Shown here: in pieces, positions 45,801 to 58,162 of the stretch | Layout: the number at the start of each line of letters is the position of its first letter | Position numbering within the stretch: the first letter of the stretch is position 1 | Source of the DNA: Macrostomum lignano | Taxonomy: Eukaryota | Assembly: GCA_002269645.1 (NCBI GenBank) | Contig: NIVC01004407.1 | Coordinates: forward strand, 23,677-87,676 | Reading direction: 5' to 3' | DNA length: 64,000 nucleotides | Notes under the pieces: generated by a model | What the model saw: the letters and a program-made list of their open reading frames with translations, nothing else | Databases searched by the model: none | Told to the model about the DNA's origin: nothing | Position numbers and translations under genes: made by a program

Positions 45801-48800
45801 ATCACATAGAATGGAACGATCTGTACTGAAAAAACACACGCGATCATGTTAATATGCTAAATACATATGCTCGTATATATTATGAAGTTTATTGTTGCTT
45901 TTGTATTAAAGACAGGGCTGTGTGCACCCTGGCGCACTTTAAGCGACATTGTCACACAACCGGCGAGAGGCATTACTGCCCATTCCGCCGACTCCCCTGA
46001 GCAGGCACACAAGCGCGCGGATCCGTACGCAGTCATACGCATACACACACTCACACACTCACATAAAAAAGGCTACGGCCCCCCGCACATGTACCATGCC
46101 TAATAATCATAAAAAAGGCTACGCCCCCGCACATGTACCATGCCTAAAAATCATAAAAAAGGCTACGGCCCCCCCGCACATGTACCATGCCTAAAAATCA
46201 TAAAAAAGGCTACGCCCCCGCACATGTACCATGCCTAAAAATCATAAAAAAGGCTACGGCCCCCCCACATGTACCATGCCTAAAAATCATAAAAAAGGCT
46301 ACGGCCCCCCGCACATGTACCATGCCTAAAAATCATAAAAAAGGCTACGGCCCCCCGCACATGTACCATGCCTAAAAATCATAAAAAAGGCTACGGCCCC
46401 CGCACATGTACCATGCCTAAAAATCATAAAAAAGGCTACGGCCCCCCGCACATGTACATGCCTACATAAAAAAGGCTACGCCCCCGCACATGTACCATGC
46501 CTAAAAATCATAAAAAAGGCTACGGCCCCCCCGCACATGTACCATGCCTAAAAATCATAAAAAAGGCTAAGGCCCCCCCCCGCACATGTACCATGCCTAA
46601 AAATCATAAAAAAGGCTACGGCCCCCCGCACATGTACCATGCCTAAAAATCATAAAAAAGGCTACGGCCCCCCACATGTACCATGCCGGCTACGCACATG
46701 TACCATGCCTAAAAATCATAAAAAATAAAAAATCATAAAAAAGGCTGGGCACATGTACCATGCGGCTACTGTACGATGCCTAAAAATCATAAAAAATGGG
46801 ACAACTCGACTCATTTCAAGATTCGGGGCCAAAGCTCACATGTGAATTTCTGTTTAGATTTAACCAGTAGATGAATAAACTTAGAGCCCTGAGTCGATCT
46901 TGTGACAATGGTCCGTCTAGTGGTAATGAAAGTAAGAAAGTGGCCACTAGGGTTGGTCCAAAAATCAAAAATTTCTCTAGTTTCATACTGCTACATCTTC
47001 ATTTCTATTTCTATGTTGTATGCTTTTTCATCCCATATTTCTGTTGCCACCCAAAGCAGTTGAAGGTTTCAAACAACTGTAAACTTTGCTGAACTTTGCA
47101 GCATGCACTTCAGGTGCTGATTTTTCGTTTTCAGTCTTTACAGCACCAAATTCTGCCCAACGACAAATGGAGCAAGTAATCCTGTACAGTACGTGTGTTC
47201 TGTTCGATGCTGTTGTTGGTTCACTATAGTTGATCTGTATCTGTAAATTGCTCGACTTGCCCCCTGTGAACACTAAAGCCATGCAGTTATTTTCATAGTA
47301 AAAAAGCTAGCATTGTTGGACCTGGTTCGAATCCTCGATCCAGCCAGCCGCGCTGGGGTCGCAGGCGACGTTAGCGTAATATGCGAAAATGATCAGACCC
47401 GCCAGGCACGAGGACACCACGAAGAATATGGCGCCGAGAGAGACCAGAACGACTGACCTGTGCACAGGGATTTTAAGTAAGTTTTGTTATATTTTGTACT
47501 TAAATCTAGTCTTTTTTTCTCCTATGCAAAAGCTTTACGTAAAGTTTACAAATTTAGCTCAAGGACCACTAGCAGTATAATCAAAGATGGTATAACTTTT
47601 TTGGGGCCAAAAAGATAAAGATGATGCGAGAGCACAGATTATTTTTTTCCTATTTCTGCAGTGTATTCTTTGACGTAAATTGGCCTTTAAAAAGTACACG
47701 ATCTGTGAGTGTAGCGTCCTGGTATACTGCTAGTGGTCTATGATTAGCTGAAATTGATGTACAGCGGCCCGGACTTTCTAATCGTCAGGTTGTACACTTC
47801 ACTGTGCCCTGGGGGTGGCTCTCAGAGCTGTGCATCGCACGACAACCAGGGCTAGGGCTAGGTGTCATAGCGCGACAGTCAGAGACGCTGGGCTGCTGTG
47901 CCCTTCCCGCTACGCCTAGCCCATGTCTATGGCTCAAATCACAACACAATGAAGAAGTCATAAAATGGCCACATTTACAATTGAGCCTGTCGCATAGTTT
48001 TCACTGAGCAGTACCGCTGCACGGAGGCTTGAGACACGCCGTATGTGCTGGAGTAGACGATGCCGTTGCCAACCACCAGACCCCAGACTGTGTGACGAAC
48101 TCGGGGATCTAAGCTGAAGCTAAAAAATAATGAACAGAATGCGCATACGCTATAGAACAAGCGGCCCGCAAAGCCTCTCTATCCGGCCCTCGAGTCCTTT
48201 GAAACTTCACAATAGCAATGCGGCCTGCTCAGGGTTTGAGTCTCTTCTCAGCTATTCCCTCTCCTCTGCTCTCCTCTCCTCTCCTCTCCTCTCCTCTCCT
48301 CTCCTCATCTCTCCTCTCCTCTCCTCTCCTCTGCTCTCCTCTCCTCTCCTCTCCTCTCCTCTCCTCTCCTCTCCTCTCCTCTCCTCTCCTCTCCTCATCT
48401 CTCCTCTCCTCTCCTCTCCTCATCTCTCCTCTCCTCTCCTCTCCTCTCCTCTCCTCTCCTCATCTCTCCTCTCCTCTCCTCTCCTCATCTCTCCTCTCCT
48501 CTCCTCTCCTCTCCTCATCTCTCCTCTCCTCTCCTCTGCTCTCCTCTCCTCTCCTCTCCTCTCCTCTCCTCTCCTCATCTCTCCTCTCCTCTCCTCTCCT
48601 CATCTCTCCTCTCCTCTCCTCTCCTCTCCTCTCCTCTCCTCTCCTCTCCTCTCTCTCCTCTCCTCTCCTCTCCTCTCCTCTCCTCTCCTCTCCTCTCCTC
48701 TCCTCTCCTCTCCTCTCCTCTCCTCTCCTCTCCTCTCCTCTCCTCTCCTCTCCTCTCCTCTCCTCTCTCTCCTCTCCTCTCCTCTCCTCTCCTCTCCTCT

Positions 48801-51800
48801 CCTCTCCTCTCCTCTCCTCTCCTCTCCTCTCCTCTCCTCTCCTCTCCTCTCCTCTCCTCTCTCTCCTCTCCTCTCCTCTCCTCTCCTCTCCTCTCCTCTC
48901 CTCTCCTCTCCTCTCCTCTCCTCTCCTCTCCTCTCCTCTCCTCTCCTCTCCTCTCCTCTCCTCTCCTCTCCTCTCCTCTCCTCTCCTCTCCTCTCCTCTC
49001 CTCTCCTCTCCTCTCCTCTCCTCTCCTCTCCTCTCCTCTCCTCTCCTCTCCTCTCCTCTCCTCTCCTCTCCTCTCCTCTCCTCTCCTCTCCTCTTCTCAT
49101 CTCCCTCTCCTCTCCCTTATCTCCCCTCTCCTCTCCCTCATCTCCCCTCTCCTCTCCTCTCCTCTCCTCTCCTCTCCTCTCCTCTCCTCTCCTCTCCTCT
49201 CCTCTCCTCTCCTCTCCTCTCCTCTCCTCTTCTCATCTCTCCTCTCCTCTCCTCTCCTCTCCTTCCTCTCCTCTCCTCTCTTCTCCTCTCCTCTCCTCTC
49301 CTCTCCTCTCTCTCCTCTCCTCTCCTCTCCTCTCCTCTCCTCTCTCCTCTCCTCTCCTCTCCTCTCCTCTCCTCTCCTCTCCTCTCCTCTCCTCTCCTCT
49401 CCTCTCCTCTCCTCTCCTCTCCTCTCCTCTCCTCTCCTCTCCTCTCCTCTCCTCTCCTCTCCCCTCATCTCCCCTCTCCTCTCCCCTCATCTCCCCTCCC
49501 CTCTCCCCTCCCCTCTCCCCTAATATGCAATACGCAGTAAAAAGTAACTTTTTCAGATTTGACATCGACATACTTACAAAAACGACGTGTAGCACATTCC
49601 ATACAATTGCCTGTATTGCCTTAGTAACCAGGGGGGGGGTCGGCACTGAGGGGACAGGGGGACATGTCCCCCACTTCAGTAAAAGCTGTGGGGTGGACAT
49701 ACCTATGCTTTGCCCACCTACTCGTACCCACCTTGTTACCCTGCCAGCGGCACCAAATGAGTGCCTGCTGCCGTGCCAAAAACGACACCCCTTTTAGCGG
49801 CAGTAGTCAGCGCAACTGAAGTTTAAAAGGGACATTATTGAAACTCACTTGTCGAACTCGATGCGACCATATTTGTACGATATCTGCCACACATTTCCAA
49901 TGCCACCCAGGTCAATGAGTCCCTGCAACAGAAATTATAATTGTAAACTATGTAATAATACAAGATCAAGTTCAAGCATTTTGTTTGACTTTCGGGTAAG
50001 TAAACTTTTAACTTACCCGAATAATGATAGCCAAAATTCCTGCCGTCATCACAACCGATTGAAAAACATCAGTCCAGATCACAGCCTTGAGTCCGCCCTG
50101 ATTGAAACGACACAAAGTGAACATTAGAACTTTTTGGAATAGCGGATTTACTAATAGTGATAATGTGCAACACATATTTACACTCTCTGCGGTGGGGGGA
50201 GAGGTTGCCCCTCATGGCTGTGAATCGCATGACAACAAAGAGTCTATTAAATCTTCTTTAAATCTTATTCGTCTGCGTCAGCTATTCATAAAAAATGTAG
50301 AATTACTTGTGTAGTCACTAACCCAGGCTGTGTAGAAAGTGCAGATCACACCGCTCACGGCGATTGACGCTTCAACAGGGATGGCACCGTTGGAAACTAA
50401 AAGTGTTTAACGGATTGCAAAATTATGAATGTCAATATCCATATGTCAATTAAGGTAACAAAAGTATAAGGCTACTACACATAGAAGACAGGGGAATGGC
50501 CGCCAACGAAGAGACAGGGGCGCCAAACGAGAGACAGGGGCGCCAACCGAAAGACAGGGGCGCCAACCGAGAGACTGGGGCGCCAACCGAGAGACAGGGG
50601 CGCCAACCGAGAGACAGGGGCGCCAACCGAGAGACAGGGGCGCCAACCAAGAGACAGGAGCGCCAACCGAGAGACAGGGGCGCCAACCGAGAGACAGGGG
50701 CGCCAACCGAGAGACAGGGGCGCCAACCGAGAGACAGGGGCGCCAACCGAGAGACAAGGGCGCCAACCGAGAGACAGGGGCGCCAACCGAGAGACAGGGG
50801 CGCCCTCCAAGAGACAGGAGGTGGCCCTCCAAAAGACAGGGGCGCCCTCCAAGACACAGGGGCGCCCAAGAGACAGGGGCGCCAACCGAAAGACAGGGGC
50901 GCCCTCCAAGAGACAGGGGGTGGTGGCCCTCCAAAAGACAGGGGCGCCCTCCAAGAGACAGGGGCGCCCCCCAAGAGACAGTGGCGCCCACCAAAGCACC
51001 AAATAGTGGCGCCCTTAATGATTGCTACCCCCTACAATAAATAAAAGTTCCTGTGTACACGCCAGTTAAAAAGTCGAAAGGGTGAGATATTAGGACTTCA
51101 GTTCTATTAAGCTGAGAAATTACCATCAATTCCTACGCTATCAAGCTAATGCATTTTTTCAACGATAAACGACCTACAGCGAAATTTTGCCTAATTTGCA
51201 AGTGCAGCACCTGTATTGACTTAAACAGATGCCTGAATTTCACAATGCGACTTACCATACTGCAAGGCAGTGGCTGGAGCGTACAATGCAAGTCCCATGT
51301 AGATCACCTGTAAGTTTTTGTCAAATCAGATAAATCTATATCAGGTAATAAAGTGTACGTTTAAGAACACAGGCACCTATAAGTTTTAGTAAAAGCCACT
51401 ATATACTCACGTCACTAATTAGAAACAGGAAATTTCCCATCAGTCGAACAAGACGAGACTTGAATCTCAGCTCGAGATACTGCAATGAAATTACGAGAAT
51501 TCTTGATGAATTCTTGGCTAGAAAAACTCTTAACGACAGTCCCGTGACGTCAGCTACAGAAAACTCTTTACGACAGTCCCGTGACGTCAGCTACAGAAAA
51601 CTCTTTACGACAGTCCCGTGACGTCAGCTACTGAAAACTCTTTACGACAGTCACGTGACGTCAGCTACTGAAAACTCTTTACGACAGTCCCGTGACGAAA
51701 GCTACAGAAAACTCTTTACGACAGTCCCGTGACGTCAGCTACAGAAAACTCTTTACGACAGTCCCGTGACGACAGTTACTGAAAACTATTAACGACAGTC

Positions 51801-54100
51801 CCGTGACGTCAGCTACAGAAAACTCTTTACGACAGTCCCGTGACGGCAGCTACAGAAAACTCTTTACGACAGTCCTGTGATGTTATAATTAAATATATTA
51901 TAAGGTCTAACTTTTGTGAACTTTTTGCAGTCTTTAGCTCTGAAAGAGGAGATAAGAATAACAAAATAATAAACAGACTCAACTTCATGTGATCATAGAA
52001 TAAGATTTATTCAAGTGGTTTAAAATTCAATTCATATTTCTCGAGTTTATAAGATTTTCTGCAGTTTGGGAAAACTGTCTGCGTTAGATCCTCTAGTTCC
52101 CATATATTTTTTTGATCTCTTTAATAAATGAATTTTTAGCCATAACTTCTTGTGGTTTCACCGCGAATCGGCAAAGGCTACAGTTTCTCACCTCGAACAA
52201 GCTCGTCAGTCGCAGCTGATAAAACACCGGCACGAATATCAGAGCCGCCAGAACGCAGCCGATCTGCTCGCCAAATATTGACAGCACGTACATTGTGCCA
52301 TTGAAGTAGATCTCGGCTGGACCCCCGAGGATTAGTATGGCCGAGTTGAACGACACCAACAGTGACAGGGCCACTGGGATCACCTGCTGCTTGCGGCCGC
52401 CCATTACGAATTCTTCTTTTTCGTCCGAGCCGGCGCTGCCATCGTCTGCGTTGCCTGTGTAAATATAAGTAGAAAGTAAGTAAGTAGTAAGTAAGTAAGT
52501 AGTAAGTAGTAGGGTTTACTGACATTTTGGCCGAAGATATTTTCCTGGAATTCTCGAGTAGGATGCTTTTACGAAAGAGAACTTAGGGTATCACTAGTTG
52601 GTACGGTAGTTGAGTTTGGTAGTTGCATGCTGCTACCAGTTTCCCTACTGTTCTTATAATGACATTATGTAAGATTAAAGAATGAAAAATGATCCGAAAT
52701 ACTTAATTTTTTGAAGAATGTTACATAATAAACAGACCCAGAGCCCAACTGCTCTATACTTGTATAGCAACTTTCAAATTCCTTATGTATCCACTGCTAA
52801 AATTTCCCCACCCTTAACTACTACTAGTAGGGTAAAAGCTAAAAGTAGGGTAATCTACTTAGCAATCTGCCTTATCACGTTTTAAACTTTGTCATAAATT
52901 TAAGGGTTAAAATTAGGTTCATATGGTATATGTGGATAGGCGCCTATCTCTGCTCTCCTCTCTTCTCTCCTACTGGTACCTTCTCTTCCATCTCTTTACT
53001 TTTCTTTTTACCTTTTCATTAGCGTTATTATTCGACGCATTGTATTAAAAGGGAAGAAACTAAAGCCTTCGAAAACGATTCACGTTTGTTTTTATTTTAA
53101 TTATTTAGTTATTAAATAGAACAGAAGATACTAATTAAAAAGATTTTTATTTTTACTACTTTTGCTAGTAGTGAGTTTCGAATACTTAAGACCCAAAAAA
53201 ACTCGAAAAGCGCATAGTAACAACCAATGACCGAGTAAACTACCGATCGAGGAAACTACTGATGAGGAAACTACCAATCGAGGAAACTACCTAGTGAGGA
53301 AACTACCGATCGAGGAAACTACCGATCGAGGAAACTACCGATCAAGGAAACTACCGATCGAGGAAACTACCGATCAAGGAAACTACCGATCGAGGAAACT
53401 ACCGATCGAGGAAACTACCGATCGAGGAAACTACCGATCGAGGAAACTACCAATAGAGGAAACTACCGATCGAGGAAACTACCGATCGAGAAAACTACCG
53501 ATCGAGGAAACTACCGATCGAGGAAACTACCGATCGAGGAAACTACCGATCGAGGAAACTACCAATGGAGGAAACTACCGATCGAGGAAACTACCGATCG
53601 AGAAAACTACCAATAGAGGAAACTACCGATCGAGGAAACTACCGATCGAGAAAACTACCGATCGAGGAAACTACCGATCGAGGAAACTACCGATCGAGGA
53701 AACTACCGATCGAGGAAACTACCAATGGAGGAAACTACCGACTGAAAAATCTACCAAAAGAAGAGACCACCGAACGAGGAATCTATCATTAGAGGAAACT
53801 ACCGACCAAGGATACAAATAAAGGAAACTACCGATCGATAAATTGCATCTTTCGGACTATACGTAAATGTACAATCTACATCACAGCTGCAGTACCTTTT
53901 CGCCGTCCTATAAAGCTTGCTACAATCCCGACCGCCAGTGAAGCGGTCAGAAAGACGCCCAGAACCACGTAGTCGACAGGTGAAAACTGATTATTAGTTT
54001 GCTGGTGCTTGGCGAAAGCTCCAGCGCCTTGACGAGATCCCGGTAGAGAGCTCCACAGAGCTTGCGGCACCAGGTTTGACTGCCACAATGAATTGTTCAT
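36866..54100 (-). CDS. SLC5 sodium:solute symporter (SMVT/SLC5A6- or SMCT/SLC5A8-like) copy B, intact, 703 aa; 15 exons: 54100-53896, 52454-52192, 51479-51411, 51307-51256, 50396-50323, 50097-50017, 49922-49849, 48119-47979, 47457-47322, 45820-45735, 45622-45507, 39396-39239, 38401-38226, 37423-37323, 37245-36866
   Basis: All junctions are GT-AG with matching phases, and the CDS is 2112 nt without internal stops. Motifs: DYVV, GGRKQQVIPVALSLLVSF, PAEIY..G, YLELRF, GGLKAVIWTDVFQ, SVQRY, PGLFIASLFAGALSS.SS. Confidence 0.92.
37550..38110. repeat. Alternating 24/30-bp minisatellite, SLC5 intron 13
   Basis: aagagagtggacattgcgtcccacggctac / aagagagtggatatggtgtcccat. Confidence 0.93.
38505..39228. 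repeat. 27/28-bp minisatellite, SLC5 intron 12 (copy B), split by a SINE
   Basis: Same unit as 24179-24510. Confidence 0.93.
38591..38951 (+). mobile_element. tRNA-derived SINE, full length, with A tail and probable 13-bp TSD
   Basis: A box TAGCCCAGCGG (38599), B box GGCTCGATTCC (38642), tail aataaaaaaaa; aaccattgtactt at 38575-38587 and 38950-38962. Confidence 0.88.
39495..40365. repeat. ~20-bp minisatellite, SLC5 intron 11 (copy B)
   Basis: ctgtagctagcgcctcccct. Confidence 0.95.
40716..40956 (+). repeat. 5' LTR (241 bp)
   Basis: tgtgagcc...ctcttaca. Confidence 0.96.
40956..44954 (+). CDS. Gag-Pol (gag, CCHC knuckles, protease, RT, RNase H, integrase) interrupted by one in-frame TAA at 41247-41249
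   Basis: The two track ORFs 40923-41249 and 41250-44954 are in the same frame. Motifs: CNRCGRQGH, IDSGAGCN, IHDDIV, VDAG..GLGA..EKEAL..TDHKPL, H..H..C..C, D..D..E core. The PR-RT-RH-IN order is Gypsy. Confidence 0.93.
45228..45467 (+). repeat. 3' LTR (240 bp)
   Basis: tgtgagcc...ctctaaca. Confidence 0.96.
45890..46062 (-). mobile_element. Paralog of the intron-9 SINE with its 5' ~200 nt deleted
   Basis: Matches 26481-26650, then jumps straight into the 46-bp array. Confidence 0.82.
46063..46795. repeat. ~46-bp SINE-junction minisatellite (~15 copies), copy B
   Basis: Same unit as 26845-27165. Confidence 0.93.
48255..49520. repeat. (CTCCT)n tract, ~1.27 kb, SLC5 intron 7 (copy B)
   Basis: Direct reading. 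Confidence 0.97.
50505..51000. repeat. 20-bp minisatellite, SLC5 intron 4 (copy B)
   Basis: ccaaccgagagacaggggcg. Confidence 0.95.
51530..51880. repeat. 37-bp CRE-containing minisatellite (6 perfect TGACGTCA), SLC5 intron 2 (copy B)
   Basis: Direct reading; three units have a mutated core. Confidence 0.93.
53235..53838. repeat. 16-bp minisatellite, ~37 copies, SLC5 intron 1 (copy B)
   Basis: aggaaactaccgatcg. Confidence 0.95.
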
Positions 54101-54950
54101 TTTGTTGAAGAGTTTCCTCGGTCAGACCAATAAACGGTAATCGAAAGTTGAAAAAAGGAATTTGAACTCTTAATTAATTTCTGGCTTTGAGAAAAGCTAA
54201 ATACTTGATTGAAAAGGCTTTAAGTACTTGCTTAGGCTTCTCTTATCCTTTCTTTATTTCACATTTTAACACAAACTGTTCTATAAAGCGTCTACAACAT
54301 ATGCGCAGTTAGTTTAGAGATTTAGAACGTGCAATGCACGACATTTAGCAGTGCACGATACAGATAGCTCGTCAAAAAACAAACGTGCATGGCAAATAGG
54401 TGTTTAAAAATTTTAAAAATTTTAATTTTAATTTTAAAGACATTTTAAAGATATTTTAACATTCAACATTAACTTTAACATTTAACTTTAATTTTAACAT
54501 TTTAAAGACATTTTAATTTAAAAAATTTTCTTTAATTCTAAAGACACACTTTTCTTCTCAAAGAAGAAAATGAAAAAGCAATACTTGCGTTGTTACCTGC
54601 ACTTATAACACAGTCACTGCAGCAGGATATGAACAGACAATTTTTTTCTTCAACTGTAAACTGTAAAAAATTGAAATCCTTAAGGCTTCTCTGCCGTATA
54701 AGAAGAGTGAGTTAAAGTAACGCAAAAGTAACGCAAAAGTAACGCAAACCCGTAATCTGTAGTCGGTCATTGCTGAAAAAAGCAAAAACTGCTCCTTAAA
54801 TAATTGTGTCTCTTTTATAGAAATTTTATCGGAACCGAGTGTAGCATCCTAGATCCCTAAAAGTTACTTTTGGTTTACCAAGATTTAATAAAAAGTATGT
54901 CTAAAAATAGTTTCTTATTCTTGCGCATACAATTCGAATTCGCGGGTTGT

Positions 54951-55921
54951 TCAAACAGAAGCAGCCACCATGCATTCAAAAGTCTTCATTGAGTAGTAGT
55001 GGTTCAGTGGATAGCCAATGCCTGGGGAAGAGAACGTAAGTCCGTCGGCCCACAACGGCTCAGACAAGTAAAAAGCTGCTGGAGGCGTGAAGTACCGACC
55101 GTTCGGGTTGAAGCAGTGACAACTGCCGTACCACCAGGCTCCTTGGTAGGTGACTGCGCAGTTACTGGACCATGTGTCTTGATCCTTATCCTGTGTGCTG
55201 AACATCGCATTGTTCATGTAGGCACCAACGGTATGACTGCAAGTTGCAACATTCGACCGGCTGACTTCAGGCTCTCCGACGCTGACTCGGTATCCCTGAC
55301 TGGCGTCCTGCACGGCGAAGTGAGCGTCCTCCCACCAGTAGCGAGTGCCGTTCCAGTCGCCCGGCTCCCACCTCACGCGCCTGTCTCCGGCTCGAGTGAG
55401 CTGGTGGATCGCTTCCAGACCCATCCAGTAGTTTCTGTCCTCGCCCTGTCCGAACTCAGTCAAGTAGTTTGTCCAGTTCCGGTAGAAATCTACCGAGCCG
55501 TCCACTCGGTGCTGGAAGGTTCGCCAGCAGGTTCGTCCGAGCTCGTCCAGCTGTCTCACCTGTAATATCACGGTTAGCCAAATGCATAACGATTGCAACA
55601 GACATTGGAATAAAAATGGATCGCACGGTGAGCACCTACCAGCAGCAGAGGCAGAGTCGAGTTTCTCGCATTGCGGCACTTTCTGCATCCGCTCGTTCCA
55701 AGCTGGCAGCTGTACAATCGACAAGTGTACCGCTCGCGATCGAACTTAATCGCTTGGTGCTGCGGTCTAGCGAGAGTCGCGCACTCCAAGTGGCTCCGCA
55801 CGCCAGCCACCGAGGTTTCAAGCTTGTACTCGCTCAGGTCGTCTCTCTGCACGGCCCAGTTGAGCTGCGACGAAGCAGTTCTACACAGCAGAGTGATTAC
55901 TACAAGAAGTTCAGCATTCAT
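54951..55921 (-). CDS. FReD2: secreted fibrinogen-related domain protein, 296 aa; exons 55921-55640, 55559-54951
   Basis: Near-identical duplicate of FReD1 with the same exon phases. Confidence 0.92.
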
Positions 55922-57165
55922 CTTCGTTTCGTAGAGCTTCTCAAGTGGTAGGGGCTGACTTTCTGCAGTTGTCTCGGCTTTGAAAATTTACAGTTAGTTG
56001 CAGTTGTTTGCTGGAATCAACTGGGTGGTTTTTCTTTCTCAAATCGCTTTCAGACTGAGAAGCGAGAAAGAGTTTTTTATTGGCAATTTCTATCTGACTT
56101 CGGCTAGAATTTTCCTGTCTAGGGGTTGGAAGAGAAAATTCCATTGTTATTGTAAACTGCTGCCTCCCTGCCGGGGTAGAGAGGTTAGCGCTAGTCACAT
56201 GATTCTCAAGTTTTGTTGTTAGCAACGCGACACCAATTTTCTTCCCAACTTCCAATTACGCTCGTAATTTTCCCACAAAGACTCGCATCCCCCAGTAACT
56301 GCGGAGAATTTTATGTATTGAGTTAACTGCCTGAGAAGCCTTACATGTGAAAAGTACCTGTTGCCAGGTGTGCCAGTGGCGTATTTGAGGGCTGAGTCAG
56401 GCGATACACTGCTGATACTGTGCAGGGGACGCAAGTTAGAGTACTTCTAATGCTGCTAAGGACTGCTACTCACGGGATTAGGATGCATAGTGGCTCATGG
56501 TTAGTGCCTTAGAGACAGTGCAAGCATAAATGCTAGCCCATATTCAAACAATGCTGCATATGATTAAAACTTTCTCGATAAATAAGAAAATCGAAGCAGA
56601 TTGAACTGTTAGAGTTTTTACCGTAAAAAATACTAGCTTTGTTTGCGTCTATTTTAACTGAAAGCTAAATTGTAGATACAGTGGCTTTCCACGCATTATT
56701 TGCGTTCTCCAGGATGTTCTTTAGTAACATTTAATAATATCACGTAAAATCTTTATGTCTGCGTTTTATCTGATATTCAGCATGCCTTTTCGGGAGCTAC
56801 TTTCATAAATAGCTCAAAATTCATGTTTATTCATCTACATATCTCCCGCAAAAACAAAAATTTTAAAGGTGCAAGAGCCGCAAATCTATAAAAAAGAAAC
56901 ACAGTGCATTGTCAAAAAATAGAAAGTATTGAAAGAATAGTTGTTTTCGATCAGAATTCGGGATTTGATACAAAAAATGATCTACGAACTGCATTGAATT
57001 GTTTGATCAGTTACCAGCATGCAAAAAGTTAAACAAATCACGCATCACTTAATTAAGATTTTCATTATGTATTCATTTAAGAATGTAATTAAATTTGGAT
57101 TTAGTAATTAATGAGTCTCGTCAATGATGCGAAAAAGCCACTGACATGCACTTAATTGGCATAAT

Positions 57166-58162
57166 TTAGAGTGATCCTGCAACCATGCACTCATACGTAT
57201 TCATTGAATAGGAGTGCACGAACGGGTAAACTGGATCTTGCGAAGTAAATGACATGCCAACTCCAGCCAAAGGCTGCGTCTGATTGAAAGCAAACGGAGG
57301 TTCAAAGTACTTTCCGTTCGGATTGAAGCAGTGACAGTTAGCGTACCACCAGCCTCCGTGATAGCTGATAGCACAGTTTTGAGTCCCCGCATCCTGATCT
57401 CTGTCCATGGTGCTAAACATATTTCCATTTAAAAAGTATGGGCTGCCATTGCTACAGGCCACGACATTCGATTTACTCAAATCCTGCTCCCCGACGCTGA
57501 CTCGGTATCCCTGGCTGGCGTCCTGTATGGCGAAGTGCGTGTCTTCCACATAGTAGCGAGTGCCGTTCCAGTCGCTCATCTCCCACCTCACGCGCCTGTC
57601 TCCGGCTCGAGTGAGCTGGTGGATCGCCTCCAGACCCATCCAGTAGTTTCTGTCCTCGCCCTGGCCGAACTCAGTCAAATATTCTGTCTAGTTCCGGTAG
57701 AAATCCACCGAGCCGTCCACTCGGTGCTGGAAGGTTCGCCAGCAGGTTCGTCCGAGCTCGTCCAGCTGTCTCACCTGTAATATCACGGTTAGCTAAATCG
57801 TAGGGTCATTAATAATGCATCACGATAGCAACAGATATTGGAATAAAAATGGATCACACGGTGAGCACACGGTGAGCACCTACCAGCAGCAGAGGCAGAG
57901 TCGAGTTTCTCGCATTGCGGCACTTTCTGCATCCGCTCGTTCCAAGCTGGCTGCTGTACAATCGACAGATGCCACCGAGCTCAGTGAACTCGACCGCTTG
58001 GTGCTGCGGTCCAGCGAGAGTCGCGCACTCCAAGCCGCTCCGCACGCCAGCCACCGAGGTTTCAAGCTTGTACTCGCTCAGGTCGTCTCTCTGCTCAGCC
58101 CATCGATTCTGGCAGAAACCGCCGCAGAAAAAAATGGCCATTACGAGCAGTGCGTAGATCAT
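57166..58162 (-). pseudogene. FReD3: diverged paralog with a nonsense codon (TGG to TAG at 57688-57690); exons 58162-57884, 57774-57166
   Basis: Reads DFYRN*TEY where the paralogs have DFYRNWT(N/D)Y; otherwise the frame is open and the splice sites are intact. Confidence 0.82.

Noticed and set aside
48130-49797. 555/440-aa SSPLL / RRGEE ORFs (also 28513-29036)
   Set aside because: Translation of intronic (CTCCT)n within SLC5 intron 7.
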